The position numbers and the translations under genes are program-made. The notes under the pieces were generated by a model. The model did not search any database, was not told where the DNA came from, and was given only the letters and a program-made list of their open reading frames with translations. 64,000 nt of DNA from the human T2T-CHM13v2.0 reference genome, Homo sapiens, in the NCBI RefSeq assembly GCF_009914755.1, contig NC_060925.1; one strand, written 5' to 3'. This document shows, in pieces, positions 16,907 through 32,506 of the stretch. How positions within the stretch are numbered: the stretch's first letter is position 1; each line of letters starts with the position of its first letter.

Positions 16907-17243
16907 CAGATTGAGCATCCCTAATCTGAAAATTTGAAATCTGAAATGCTCCAAAATCTGGAACTTTTTGAGCCCCAACATATCCCACAAGTGGATAACT
17001 CTACACCTGACCTCATGTGCCATGTCACGGTCAAAACGTAGTGGCACAGCAGTTTATTCAGTGTCCCCAGAGGAAAAATAAAATTACCTTCGGGTAATTT
17101 TACATACCTACAGGCTATGTGTATAAGGTGTATATGATACATAAATGAATTTCATGTTTAGACTTTGGTCCCATCCTCAAGGTATCCCAAAAATCTAAAA
17201 CATTTCTGGTCCCAAGCATTTCAGATAAGGGGTATTCAAGCTC
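16907..17243 (+). mobile_element. Tigger4b/MER46 (Zombi) MITE
   Basis: TIR-like CAGATTGAGCATCCCTAATCTGAAAAT ... ATTTCAGATAAGGGGTATTCAAGCTC. Confidence 0.88.
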
Positions 17244-19199
17244 TATTAGTCATAATGCATAATAATTTAAGGTGCACTCTCAACAAGACAACATCTATTG
17301 GTGGGTAATGTACCAGAATTTTGACTTACAAAATGGATGGTAGAACTGACTAAACAGGAAGTTGCTATTCCATGCAGTTTCCCCAGGCTGGTGCCAGTAC
17401 ACATTCTGGGAAGATGCGATAACAGCACATTTTACATCTTTATGTGTTGAAACCAATAAATCTTAGCCCTCCAGAAGCACGGCCCTGCTTTGGGGTAAAA
17501 TTGCAGCCACTGATCTATAATTCAGCTCTGACTTAACTTTCTGCCTTTTTTCTTTTCAGGCAACCTCCACCTATTTAGATGTGGGTCACTAGGTGACAAA
17601 ATGCAAAGAAAACCAAATGTGGGAGATGATAGGAGCAGCTGATAAACAAGTATTTTGGGATTTCTCCTTTTAAATAGAGTCTGAAAGAGAGAGATTTTAT
17701 AATAAATGCTGGTTTATATCTGAGAGCCAGCAATGAGATCAGAACCAAGAGGCTATGGCTGTTAACTTAGAGCTGAACTAAGAACCGCCTTTCTATCAGC
17801 AGTGACTGTTTCATGCCAACACAGAGGATTAGAACCACAGGACAATGAATCTGACTCCCTCAATTTATAGATTGGAAATTGAAGTCCTGACAGGGGACAC
17901 AGCTGGGATTCAAACTCACAACTCTAGGCTCAGAGGTCTCTGCTCCGGTGTGCTGCCTTCTGCTACCCACCTCCTTTTCAGCAGCAGCTCTTCACCACTG
18001 AGTGCATTGACATGTTGGAGCCTAAATATAAATCCTCTCTGTTTACTGCAGCAAAACAAGGAAAAGACATATCTTTCTTCTCCCAGAACATCGGGCACAA
18101 GATCATGCCCAGATGCCATGGTTAATTACAGTTAAAATGTAATGCCACGAGAACGGATTGCACTAGACGGGAGAGGGGATTGAAGAGTTCATGGGTTCCA
18201 AGGAGAATAAAATTTCTGATCCTGCTTGAAGGATGGGTTAGCTTTGCACAGCTCTTAGCATATATGTTACATAGTGACATTTCTGTAAAGCCTCAGATTT
18301 CATTCTAACCAACCCATTTGGTAGTAGTGGGGAAGAGGCTTCCTAGCCTGAAATAATTGAGAAAAGACATTTAAAGGTATAATTTAAATATGAATGAAAG
18401 AAGGTTTCAGGGAGCATATCAGCTCTGCACTCCCAGGGACTTTAACTCAGCTTACTGTACAGGACAAGTGTCTACCTTCAGAGTCCTTTGGACACTTGGA
18501 ACCGGAGAATGCTGTGCAGTATCACAGGGTTTGCCCAGACCAAGTATTCCAGCTCAGGCATTAAAACCATGCCAGGGTGGTGAAGGCAAGCCAGGAGATC
18601 ATTTTTATTGACACCAGGCAGTTAACATTCTCAAACTAAATACCCAAAGAAAGGAAGTTCATTTTGGAACTCTCCCACATTTTCCAGACTTCTTCCCTCT
18701 TCTGGAATACCCTACCTCTCCTCACCCAAGTTTCCAGAGCCCTAAGGCCTCTACCATCCCAGTCAAAGGTATTCCGCCTTTCACCTAATCCCACCTCTTC
18801 TAGACCTACCCTATCCAAAAGTGTACCAAAAACCTTTTCTCGCTGCTTTCCCTGCAGGAGATCTTAAGTGAGATTATCTGATTCAAAGAATTTGCAACAG
18901 GGTGAAATCACTGAGAACCTCTATCAACTTGTTTTTCCTATCCCCAAGGACTTACATTTTAAAAGGTCTGTTATCTTATCCCAAGGGAAATCTTTTAATG
19001 TGGAAAAGTTATTTTTGAGCTGAGGCCCTAGGCTTCTTGGGCACTATCTACTCCCAACACCAGTCCTGACTAGGGTGCACTAAATGGTTGATTTCCATCT
19101 CCATTTCTATTCTCCTGGAATATCTTGTTTCTTTTACTCCACCTCAACTGGATTGTCTTCTCATTTTTAAAAGAGGTCTACAAGAAAGCTAACAGTTAA

Positions 19200-19560
19200 C
19201 CCTTTCTGGGTCTGGACTTTGTGCTAAATACAAGTATTATTTACTCCTTTCCCACAACCCCTGAGGGAGCTTTACCATGGTTCCCATTTTAGAGAAAACA
19301 GGCTTGGAGGGGTTAAGTAATTTGCCCAAGGTCATGATGAGGAGCACAGCTGTGAGTTAAACGCATTCTCAGCCACTGCATCTGATGGAAAAGCACTGAC
19401 TCCCGTCAGAAGGCTCACAACTAAGTTGTACTCTGCCACTAAGGAATGATGATCACTAACTGTCTTAATCTTTCTAAAACTCCTTCCTTAACCAGGAAAT
19501 AGGGAGAAAACAGTAGTATCATGCTGGGCTAAGGTGAGAATTAAATGTAAAATCAATTTA
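19200..19560. mobile_element. Two MIR fragments in opposite orientation
   Basis: CCCATTTTAGAGAAAACAGGCTTGGAGGGGTTAAGTAATTTGCCCAAGGTCA (-) then CTCTGCCACT...GTGAGAATTAAATG (+). Confidence 0.6.
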
Positions 19561-19854
19561 TACAATTATACCAAGTTTGTGGGGTTATTTGTGGGTGATA
19601 AAAGTATGGCACCTATTCTTAAAAAAAAAAAAAAAAATCACATCCCTGAAGGGAATTTTATTTCAGTGTATATGTGACTTCTACAAAAGATGGACTTGTA
19701 ATAGACGATAGTAAACTGGGACCCTTTCTGTCTTGTTCTTCACTCAGGCTCTCAACAAATTCTGTTAAATAAATGAATGATTGACTTTTGCTTGGAAAAC
19801 AGAGAAGGAACATGGCAGGTGAAGGAAGAAGGCTTTGTTAATTGAAAAATTGTG

Positions 19855-20212
<358 letters not shown>

Positions 20213-21284
20213 TCAAGCCCTATGGAGCTAAGTAGTAGCAAGATGTATTCAGACATCACGCTAAAATGAATGATATCTTGTATTAGATTTTAATAGGTCA
20301 ACAAAATTTTTAAGATTTTTTACTTAAAGACCTATTTAGCACCCTTTAGGCTTGCTAGTGCTACCTTAATCCTACTTGAACTTTTGTACCCCATCTTCCA
20401 GACATTTGCAAGTCTTTTTAAAATTGGCCTTGTGGAGAGTATATTTGTTTAGTCCAGTTTCTTTCCCTGCCCCCACCTCCATTTTCTATTTGCAGTTTTT
20501 GCCCTCCCTCTTGTACCTGGCATGTTTCCCAAGAAGTGCTTCAGTTGCAAAGAAGGAAAATACTGACAGTGCATAATTTAAATGAGAGAGATGTGCCATG
20601 CCACATTTTCATTAAAATTACAGAAAAATCCAAGCTGTGTGGAGTTTAAGGGAGATCAGAATAGAGTCCAAAGTGCTATCATTACATTTTGTAGTGTTTT
20701 TTTAGCTCAATAAAGCAGCTGTCCTATATTTGCAAAATAGCTTGGAAATTGTTGGTCGTAGAAAAGGAAAGATGCACACTGGGTTTTTTCTTTCTTCATT
20801 TCAGTTTACATTTTCTACTAGTTACAAGAATTAGAAAAAAAAATCAAAATGTATGATTCCTATCATCTCTAATAGCATTTAAGTATCAAACCAAGAATAT
20901 GTTGAAAAGAGTTTCTAAAAGTAGGTTGGGGCAGAGTCTTGCTAACAAACCAAGAAATTCTTACTCACAGATCAAATACTACGCTGGTTGATAAGTGTAA
21001 TAAAACAATGGCACTTGCTTATAATGGTCTTTCAGTAAGCAAAATTTTCTGCAAACGTACACAAAACAACCAAATTAAAATGTTATTCTTGAAAAAATGA
21101 CCTGTAACAAATGTGGAGAATAAAGAATGCCAAAACAATGCTATTTTTCTCAGTAATTGTAGGGTTTCACCACTCTTAAACTCAATCATCCTTTAGACCT
21201 AGAGGAGGTTCATTATACTTTGGCATCAATTCATTATATTTTGGTATAAGTTAGAATAACAGAATGCTCCTGTCAACCAGGAGA

Positions 21285-21578
21285 TTTTGTTTGTTTGTTT
21301 GTTTGTGTTTGTTTTTAGAGACAGGATCTTGCTCATCACTCAGGCCTACGTGCAAGTGGTGCAATCATAGTTCATTGTAACCTCCAACTCCTGGGTTCAA
21401 GCAATCCTTTTGCATAGCTAGGAATAGAGGCACACGCCACTGCACCCAACTAATTTTTTTTTTATTTTTTGTAGAGACAGGGGTCTCACTATGTTGTCCT
21501 GGCCTCAATTGAACCTCACACCTCGGCCTCCCAAAGTGTGAGGATTACAGGCGTGAGGCACCACACCACAGCCCAGCT
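21285..21578 (-). mobile_element. AluJ, degenerate with internal deletions
   Basis: (TTTG)n tail; TSD GAGATTTT. Confidence 0.88.
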
Positions 21579-22229
21579 GAGATTTTCATCTCAGTAGTTA
21601 ATAACTTTTCTCCACATGGCTAATGCCCATTTTGTTATACTACCTTAGAATCTAGACCCCAGAATCAAGTATATCAAACATTAAAAATGATCTTTGCTAT
21701 TTGAGAATCCAATAAAAAAACAGCAAGAATATTTAGCAATTTCAGAGAAAACTAACTTAAAAGCTACCTTGTTTCAATTGTTCTCCAAATAAACTACATT
21801 TCTGTGGTTTCCCAGCTGAAAATATTTAATTCTATATCTCTGAACACAACATCCTTATAAATGTTAAGTCCATTTTCAGCTTTGTCAGTAAGGGGGATTT
21901 TTACTTTAACATAGACCTAGAACTTTCATTCCACCAAATCACCCTATGTGTTTGTTTCTATTTTTTCACTTTTAATGATATATTTAATTATATAAATAAC
22001 ACCTGAACAATTAATGTAAAAAGAATAAACAATACAGAAGAATACTGAATAGAAATAAAAATCCACTTGTGCCTTCATTTCATATATAACTAATGTCATC
22101 AGATATTTGTTGGTGCTTCCAGACCTTTTATTTTTTAGTTTAAAAATATACAAACCATATGTTAGTGTTTTTATTTGGTTCCTCAAATAAGGTCATAGTA
22201 ACAACTTTCTTTTCTTTTTAAAAACGTCA

Positions 22230-22960
22230 ACTTTTTATTGTTAATGTAGCACAAATTCAGAAACTATATGAAACAAATATGCAACTTAATGAATTTATGA
22301 TAGTATACTATTGACATCACAGGGCACCCTACAAGATTCCGGATGCCCTCTTCCAATCAAAGCCCTCTCCCTCTCCCCAGAGTGAGGGGGTGATTTATTA
22401 CTTAATGGACATCCTTGAATAATATGGCTTAGTTTTGCCAGTTTTGAATGTTTTAAGTCTCTTTAAATCATATTCTCCTTCCAGCTCTTTCTCATTTTTT
22501 TATCATTGCAATTTGTTAATTAAAGTGAATCATTTGATCATTTGTCCTGAACAGATCCCACAGTCTAGATTTTATTAACTGCATTCCCCTGGTGTTATCT
22601 AACATATTCCTGTGGTCTCTGTAACTCCTTTAAATTGGTAGTTAATCTAGATGCTTATTCAGATACAATGTCAAGTATATGTATATACATATATATTCAA
22701 AATACTTTATAAGTAGTAGGGTATTTTTCATCAAGATGTTGTCTCTTGCAACTTATTTTTTTACCTAATATATCTTGAAGAGTCCTCCTCCATTACTCAG
22801 TACATGTAAGTTTATCTTAGTTCTGTATTCCATAGAATGATGTACCATAATTTCTGTATCTTTCCCTTTCTGATAAACCTTTAGGGTTTTTTTTTTTTTT
22901 TTCACTTTTATCAACAATGTTACCTTGAACATTCTTACATAGAGACCTTTGTGCATACAA
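22230..22960 (-). mobile_element. Ancient L1M (ME/MC) fragments
   Basis: Degenerate antisense L1M 3'-UTR-like motifs (CCCACAGTCTAGATTTT...GCATTCCCCTGGTGT; GAACATTCTTACAT). Confidence 0.45.
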
Positions 22961-23127
22961 GCAAGAGTTTTGCAGGACAATGACATCTTCAGTCCTTTTC
23001 CTCCTGTGTACACCATCAAGAGATCCTGAAAAGGGGAGAATTTCACTCATGGAAGAAACAATAGATCATTTTCTTCAGTGAAATGTGTTTAGGCTGCTTC
23101 CCAACACTGGAAAGGGACCTAAGATAC

Positions 23128-23350
23128 AGCAGCAATATCCACAATGGGGTACATACCTACCAGAGGGTAATCAAAAACATCCATTGGGGCATAGGGAAAA
23201 AAATATAATTTCTATTTCTATTCATTCTTTTATATGTGTATCTTTTTTAATGTACAGAAGCGTGTGAAAAGAATTTGTAAATATATGTGTGCATGCTTGA
23301 AATATTTAATCAATAGGGATGTTCTGAGAAAAAAAGTTTAGATATGGTTG
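23128..23350. mobile_element. hAT-Charlie MITE (MER113-like)
   Basis: ATCCATTGGGGCATAGGGAAAAAAATATAATTTCTATTT...GTGCATGCTTGAAA...AAAAAGTTTAGA. Confidence 0.45.
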
Positions 23351-23491
23351 CTATATACATATTTGTTATGTAGAGCTCAGATCCTGAAAAGATGATTGCC
23401 TACTGAATATCTCCACCTAAATGACTCGTCATCATCTCAAACTCTACCTGTAAAAAAAATACAATCTGCAATTTTCCCCCTCAAAGTTCAG

Positions 23492-23827
<336 letters not shown>

Positions 23828-24515
23828 TGATGCCTTTGTTTCCATTAATGACATCAGCAGTGTTCTCTCAGTCACCCAGCCTCGAAACCTTGAGTCATCT
23901 TTTGTTTGTTCCACCTTCCATGTCAGTCTTTACAAGAGCTTTTACTTCTGTGCTTCAGCCTTTCCATTACCACCTCCCTTATTCAAGCCCATTTAATGAC
24001 TGTTGCGGTGAAGGTCTAATTGGTCTCCACTCATTCACTCCCTTTTTAAGCCCATACCTCCTAAAAGACAAATCTTTCTCAATTAAGCTTCTTATCACAC
24101 CACAAATTTGTTGCAATCCTACATATAATTGTGAGCTGCCAACTAAAAAATGTCAAAACTGCTCCTAAGTATTCAAGAGCCTTCATGCTTTGGCTTCAAA
24201 CTCTTCCTCTGCTTCATCGTCCCTCTGCCTTTTTTATGCTAATATTTATTCAATTGAGTCCTTCCTCTGTACCTAACACTAGGCTAGGCATATTGCAGGT
24301 GTTAGCTCATTTAACTCTCACTGTAGTCTAAATCTATGAAGTAGATGGCTGAATTTCATTATAATGGATTTCTGAAACCAGAATGCCTGGATTTCAATCC
24401 CTGTCTTACCAGTGCTATGACAAGTGATTTGTTGGACAGGTCTGTCCGTTAATCTCTCTTGCCTCAGCCTCCTCACCTGCAAAATTGCTCAATAAATGTT
24501 ACTCTGCTCATTCTG

Positions 24516-24868
24516 GTTTTGCTTTGTTTTGTTTTGTTTGAGATGGAGTCTCTGTCACCCAGGCTGGAGTGCAGTGGCGTGATCTCACCTCACTGCAACC
24601 TCCACCTCCCAGGTTCAAGCCTCGCCCCCCTGCGATGGGGGTCCTAAGAGCCAGGGGGGCAAGAGGGGCTGGCTCTCTGGCCTCAACCTTCCAAGTGGCC
24701 AGGACTACGGGCGCATGCCACCACTCTCGGCTAATTGTTTTTCTATTTTTAGTAGAGACGGGTTTTCACTGTGTTAGCCAGGATGATCTCGATCTCCTGA
24801 CTTCGTGATCCGCCCGCCTCGGCCTCCCAAAGTGCTGAGATTACAGGCGTGAGCCACCGTGCCCGGCC
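24516..24868 (-). mobile_element. AluSc-like carrying a ~55-bp foreign insertion
   Basis: GTTAGCCAGGATGATCTCGATCTCC left arm; TSD TCATTCTG; insert at 24621-24673. Confidence 0.93.
24619..24676. repeat. Single GC-rich SATR1/SATR2-like satellite unit
   Basis: GCCTCGCCCCCCTGCGATGGGGGTCCTAAGAGCCAGGGGGGCAAGAGGGGCTGGCTCT matches my recollection of the GC-rich SATR-type VNTR unit. Confidence 0.65.
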
Positions 24869-24889
24869 TCATTCTGTATTTTTAATATT

Positions 24890-25030
24890 ACTACTAACAC
24901 CCCCATTTTCCAGAAAAAGACACTGAAGCTCATAAAGGTTAAGTCAATTGCCCCTGTTCACACAACTAATGAGTGTGGGAATGGGAATTCAAACCCACAT
25001 ATGTCAGACTCCAAAGCCCACATTCTCAAA
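24890..25030 (-). mobile_element. MIR
   Basis: CCCCATTTTCCAGA...ACTGAAGCTCATAAAGGTTAAGT...GGGAATTCAAACCCA...GACTCCAAAGCCC. Confidence 0.8.
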
Positions 25031-25759
25031 ACAGTCTTTTACTGGCTCCAGTTTCCAGTTCCATCTCTCCTACTTTCTACACGCGTCCTCAAAGTTCCAG
25101 TTAAGTCAAGTTACTGACCATTCTCCAAGGTACTTCAGATTCATTTCTTTTCTTTCTTTTTTGCTTTTACCTATTTTACCTTTCTTCCTGAAATATTTCC
25201 ACTTAACATGCATTTCATTTCTCTCTTTCCTCCTCAGTGGTGATCTCAGCCTCTTGAAATTCTACCCATTCCTATGAGAGGCTGTCTTCTTTGTGATACC
25301 ATCCTTGATCTTCTTTTTCTCTCTTCCATGAAACCATCAGCTGTGATCTCCCTCCGCCCAAATGGACATATATCGTATGGCTCTTATGTGTGTGTGTGAT
25401 TTTACTGCAGATATTTGTGCCATCTACAGTAGAAACCAGGAGGACATTATATTTGAAAGTCCCCCGGAGATCATCTTGCCTAATGACTGTTTTCAGAGCC
25501 CCAGGGTTCAAAGGTTCAGGACTGCCAGAGGCATTTGGGAAAGGCTGAATGGGTGAATCTCTCCTTCTCATATGTACCCATACTCCTTCAAACAGAGTAT
25601 ACCCTTTTTACCTCTTTTGTATATTGGAGTAAATGTCTAAACACATTCCCATGATATACTATTGTCTTCTATCTCCCACTAGATCTCTAACACTTTGTGG
25701 GAGGAGAGAGTCTTATGGAGAGGATGTCTCCTGCAATAACTACCTTATGGACTTCACAG

Positions 25760-26130
25760 AGTAGCTGCTTATTCCAGGCAGGTCCTTGTGCTCAGCACTT
25801 TAACATACCCTGTCTCAAATATCTAACCTCTCAACAGTCCTGTGTAGTAGGCATCCTCTCCATGTGAAAGATGCCAAATGGAGACCTACCTCACTGAAGT
25901 TAAGAAGTCTGCCCAAGTTCATATAGGTCATGAGTGATAGAAGTAGAATTCAAACCTAGATGTGACTGGCTCAGATTCTGAAGTATAGATAGACCAAGAT
26001 TCACATTTTTGCCCACCACTAACTAGCTCTGTGATCTGGGAAGTTATTTAATCTTCCTGAATCTTGCCTTTATAAGGATCACAGTCGCACTTCTAAACAC
26101 TGTCCCTAGGATTAGACACGATGTGCCAGA
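25760..26130. mobile_element. Two MIR fragments in opposite orientation
   Basis: GAAGTTAAGAAGTCTGCCCAAG...GAATTCAAACCTAG (-); ACTAGCTCTGTGATCTGGGAAGTTATTTAATCTT (+). Confidence 0.65.
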
Positions 26131-26296
26131 TGTCTTTCAGTCAAAGTTGGCTAAGGTAATTTTCACTCTGCTATCTACATTTTCCCAAAAAAACTCTAGG
26201 TATCTTAACCTGTGAATTTTCTTCAGCAACAGGTACTAAAAAGCAGCATCCTGAGATATTCTGTCACTTACCATATATGATTTTAAAAATAATCAG

Positions 26297-26598
26297 GGCC
26301 AGGCATGGTGGCTTATGCCAGTAATACAAACACTTTGGGAGGCTGAGACGGGTGGATTGCTTGAGCCCAGGAGTTTGAAAACAGCCTGGGCAACATGGCA
26401 AAACCCTGTCTCTACAAAAAATACAAAAATTAGATGGGTGTGGTGGCACACACCTGTGGTTCCAGCTACTCAGGAGGCTGAGGTGGGAGGATCACCTGAG
26501 CCTGGGAGGTCGAGGTTACCATGAGCCATGATTGTGCCACTCCATGCCAGCCTAGGTGATGGAGTGAGACCCTGTCTCAAAAAAAAAAAAAAAAAAAA
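26297..26598 (+). mobile_element. AluJb-like
   Basis: GGATTGCTTGAGCCCAGGAGTTTG; GGAGGATCACCTGAGCCTGGGAGGTCGAGG; A tail. Confidence 0.95.
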
Positions 26599-26691
26599 TT
26601 CAGAAAGCCATGCAACTTATATCAGGGAAAGATGACAATTCAAGGCTCCAATATGAGCCAGTAATAGAACAAGTTTGATTTCATAGCATGG

Positions 26692-27058
26692 TGCTATGGT
26701 CTAAATATTTGTGTCCTTCCAAAACTCATACATTGAAACCTCATCCCTAATGTGATCATATTAAAAGGTGGGGCTTTGGAGAGTCAATTAAGTCATAAAA
26801 GGGGAGACCTCATGAATGGGATTTGTGCCCTTATAAAAGAGGTCTGAGGGAGTTTGTTTGCTTATCCCTTTGGCTTTGTGTGGACAAATAGATAGTGCCA
26901 TCTATGAAGCAGAAAGTGAGCCCTCACCAGACACCAAATCTGATGGCAATTTGATCTTGGACTTCGCAGCCTCCAGAACAGTGAGAAATGAATTTCTGTT
27001 GTTTATAAATTACCCAGTCTAAGATATTTTGTTATAGCAGCCCAAACAAACTAAGACA
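26692..27058 (+). mobile_element. MLT1A-type MaLR solo LTR, complete
   Basis: TGCTATGGTCT...CTAAGACA with perfect 5-bp TSD CATGG (26687-26691, 27059-27063). Confidence 0.92.
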
Positions 27059-27635
27059 CATGGCATATATTAATGAAGGAATTCTTTCATGGTTAAAATA
27101 TCCTAAGAGAAGTAACACTTCTGCTCCCTTCCCACTGCCTAGGCCCACAAATCTCACTTCTCCTGCCAGGAGAAACAGAGTCAATTACAAGAGGGGTGTG
27201 TGTGTGCATGTATGTGTAGTTTTTAGAAGTATTACTATGGAAAATACCCCATTAATAATCTGCATGCATTCTTAAGAAACCCTGATGTCATTTTTCTATT
27301 TGTGTACCTTTCTTTGGTAAGTAGGCAAAGCTGTTTTGTGAGTATGACCAGAAACTACAGGATACATCAAAAAATCAAATTTATTTTTAAAAATGACATA
27401 AAGCCTATTATAACTATTACATCTTTTGTAATCCTATTACCACATATTATTTTTCAATCATAGAACCTTTTTGTTCTTATTTTACTGTTGTAAGGAGACG
27501 TAAATTACTTATAAAGCATAAAAATAAAAAGGATGGCAAGTCAAAAGGCTTATGTGCACCTGGAGGAATATTGTTGACTGGTTCACTGCCATATAGTTTT
27601 ACTATATATTATGTAGTCCATTCATTGGTATCTAG

Positions 27636-28260
<625 letters not shown>

Positions 28261-28319
28261 ATCGTCTATTTTTAATTCCTACTGTTAATATGCAACTAGC
28301 TCTATTGAATGCCTGCTAG

Positions 28320-28928
<609 letters not shown>

Positions 28929-31232
28929 TAGTTACATTTTTGAGGAAGCAGTAATGGATATTTGTTGCACCTGTCCCCCAAAGTGCATGCCAATGGGAAT
29001 GAAAGGATAAACGTAGAGGGGAACCACTCTGCAAGAAAGTTTAGTATAAGGCTTCTTTCCTGTCTGAGTTTCCCCTCCTGTTCTTATCTGAAAACCCAGT
29101 CAAAATAACTGGTTGCTTCTATCAGCCTTCCCAGAGAACGCATTCATTTAAAAAATGGATTGACCGCAGGATGTGTAACATTGATGACACTAGAACATTG
29201 TCATATTGTGCAAAGACACTTAATAAGTATCATTTCATGATTGGTTAATGACTCGTAGATGGCTGTTAACACGTCACCATTACCATCTTTATCACATTTT
29301 ATTTTAGTGCATCCAACTGGTTTACCACATTCTCATCAAATGCCCTGTAACTGAATTTAACATAGTTGAATGTATTATCAAAAATATTTCTAAATTATTC
29401 TCTTTTTTGGCATTAAGTAGTGAGCTGTGATTCAATGTTTATTGAAAAAACAGAGCTTCATAGATAATGAAATGTTGTTTGTGTGTGCAAAAGCACATTT
29501 TGCAAAGAAAACCATTATTTCAATACACAAATATTTTCAGAATCTATCGCCCCCCAAATGCCAAATTTGATCACTATTTCATATTGATTTTTGCCCTTTT
29601 GACAATCTATCACCAATACCACATGGCCATGTTTTCTTCCCTTCAAGCAGAGGTTTCAGTAATGAACTGGGTGTATTCTAAGAATTAGGCTTTAAACTTT
29701 CCTTTTCTAAATATGCCCATTTAAAGCTGTGGAAAATAGACCCAGAGGTCTAAGGGGATAGATGACAAAAGTACACTTCTTAAGTTTACAGTGGTTTGAT
29801 GGGTTCAATTTGTTTTAGCACTCTAAAAAGTAATAATATGCTGTCTTTTGTATATTAGATCTGCCATCAGTTGCTTGTTTTCCAAACTGTTAATAGGTTG
29901 TACTGAGTAATCTGCACTCCCTTTGTGACCCAAGACAACTCACTGAGGTTGGAGGTACAATCTGTGACTCTGAGGCAGTTTTTCTCTGTATAAAGCTAAT
30001 AAAACCAGCAACCTTACCCTTATTAGTGCTGTCCTGTCACCAACTGACCTAACACCTCCAAAAGTAAATAGAAGATTTGCACAGAGCCACATCCACATTC
30101 AATCTCCAAACCAGTTCTCCCTGTGACACAGTAGAAAGGCATCCTATGGTGAAAATTTATAGAACTTTTAGTAGTTCTTAAAAGCTTCCTTTTCTAGGTT
30201 TTAGTGGTTTTCCTTTTTCAAAGGGGACCTTTGAAAAAGATCAAACAAAAAATTTAAAAGAAAACAGAACCTGGCAGAGACCAAATTAGAGATTGTTAAT
30301 ATTCACATAGTGATGTCTTATTCTATTTTCTCTAAATTTGTGATCAACATTAATGAATTTGATCAAAAATATGTTTTGAGTACCTACTTTAGGTCAAACA
30401 CTGTGCGATTATATGACAGATAAAGCATACTTGGGTCTTGCAAGGCATACAATCTAATAGGGAACATAGAAAACATGTAACTGTTAGAGGAGAGTTCAGG
30501 GTGAAGTGGATTTTGGGAAGGATTTCTGAAATCGTTAGCAAATCATCAAGGGCTGAAAGTTGCCCAGTCAGAAAGACTTTCCTTTCCTTTTATTAACAAA
30601 TTTTTCTTTGCATTATTTTAACTACTATGTTTAATTCTATGCTAAGACTTTTTACACCAGCTCCTCTTTTACTTTCTTTATTGCTATAAAGGTTTAGGAA
30701 AGAAAATGTTCAAATTTAAATATCTTAGGTGTTTAAAGTATTTCCATAAGCATTTTTTAATTAATCTTTATTGTGCCCCTAGGAAATTAACAAGTGATAC
30801 TATCACCTTTGTAACAATGAGAAAATGAAGGCAGAATGAAGTTAAGTCCAATTTGTTAGTAACATTACAGCCAAAGCAATATTCCAGATTCCTTGATTCA
30901 AACCTTAAGCATCTTACTTTTTAATCATTACACGTTTTTGGTTGCTCAGGACATTGTATTAGTGTAACAATTTTAGATTATCAAAGCTTATAGAAAAATA
31001 AAGGTGAAGAATTCTTAACTATTCCATGGAAAAAGCATCTAAATATGTCATTTAAACTATAGAAGATACAGTGGAACAAGTTGTTTTGAATCAACGACAT
31101 GCTTTCTAGGGCTAGGTAATCAACTGTGTGGTCAAAACTTTTTTAAAAAATGACCTTACACAGTCTACAACAATTAACTTCACTCATCTGTCTTAACTCA
31201 TTTAAAACTGTCTAGATATGGCTAATTATTCA

Positions 31233-31363
31233 CAGGTTGATTATACATCTCAGTTTGCCGTGGATGGTTCCAGTTTACACCAGTTGTCTAGTCTAACTAA
31301 TGATAGCACTTCCTTTCACTTGAAAAGCACCAAGTTTTGACAATAAATCATAGGGTCACCATA
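31233..31363. mobile_element. MER94-like hAT-Blackjack MITE
   Basis: CAGTTTGCCG...CAGTTTACACCAGTTGTC...CCTTTCACT...ATAAATCATAGGGTCACCATA. Confidence 0.65.
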
Positions 31364-31560
31364 TGATTATGGTATTCACCATATTCTGGGTGAATGTATT
31401 GAAAACAACAGGATGGTGCCTCCCTAATGCTGCACCCCCATCCCCACTGGATATCCTCTAACAGTCTGTATACCATTTTGAATGCCTACCAGGGAAGTAT
31501 TACTTAATTATGATAGAGTACAGGAGAGAAAAGTGCCCAAGAATAAAGTCAACTTAAGAG

Positions 31561-32475
<915 letters not shown>

Positions 32476-32506
32476 CACTGCTTAAAGGTTTTTCAAGTAA
32501 TGGTGG

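Noticed and set aside
17521-17600. Strong plus-strand splice acceptor CTGCCTTTTTTCTTTTCAG|G
   Set aside because: No convincing donor or reading frame; isolated acceptors are common.
23021-23391. 13-bp direct repeat AGATCCTGAAAAG 358 bp apart
   Set aside because: Does not match the ends of an identifiable insertion; one such match is plausible by chance in 64 kb.
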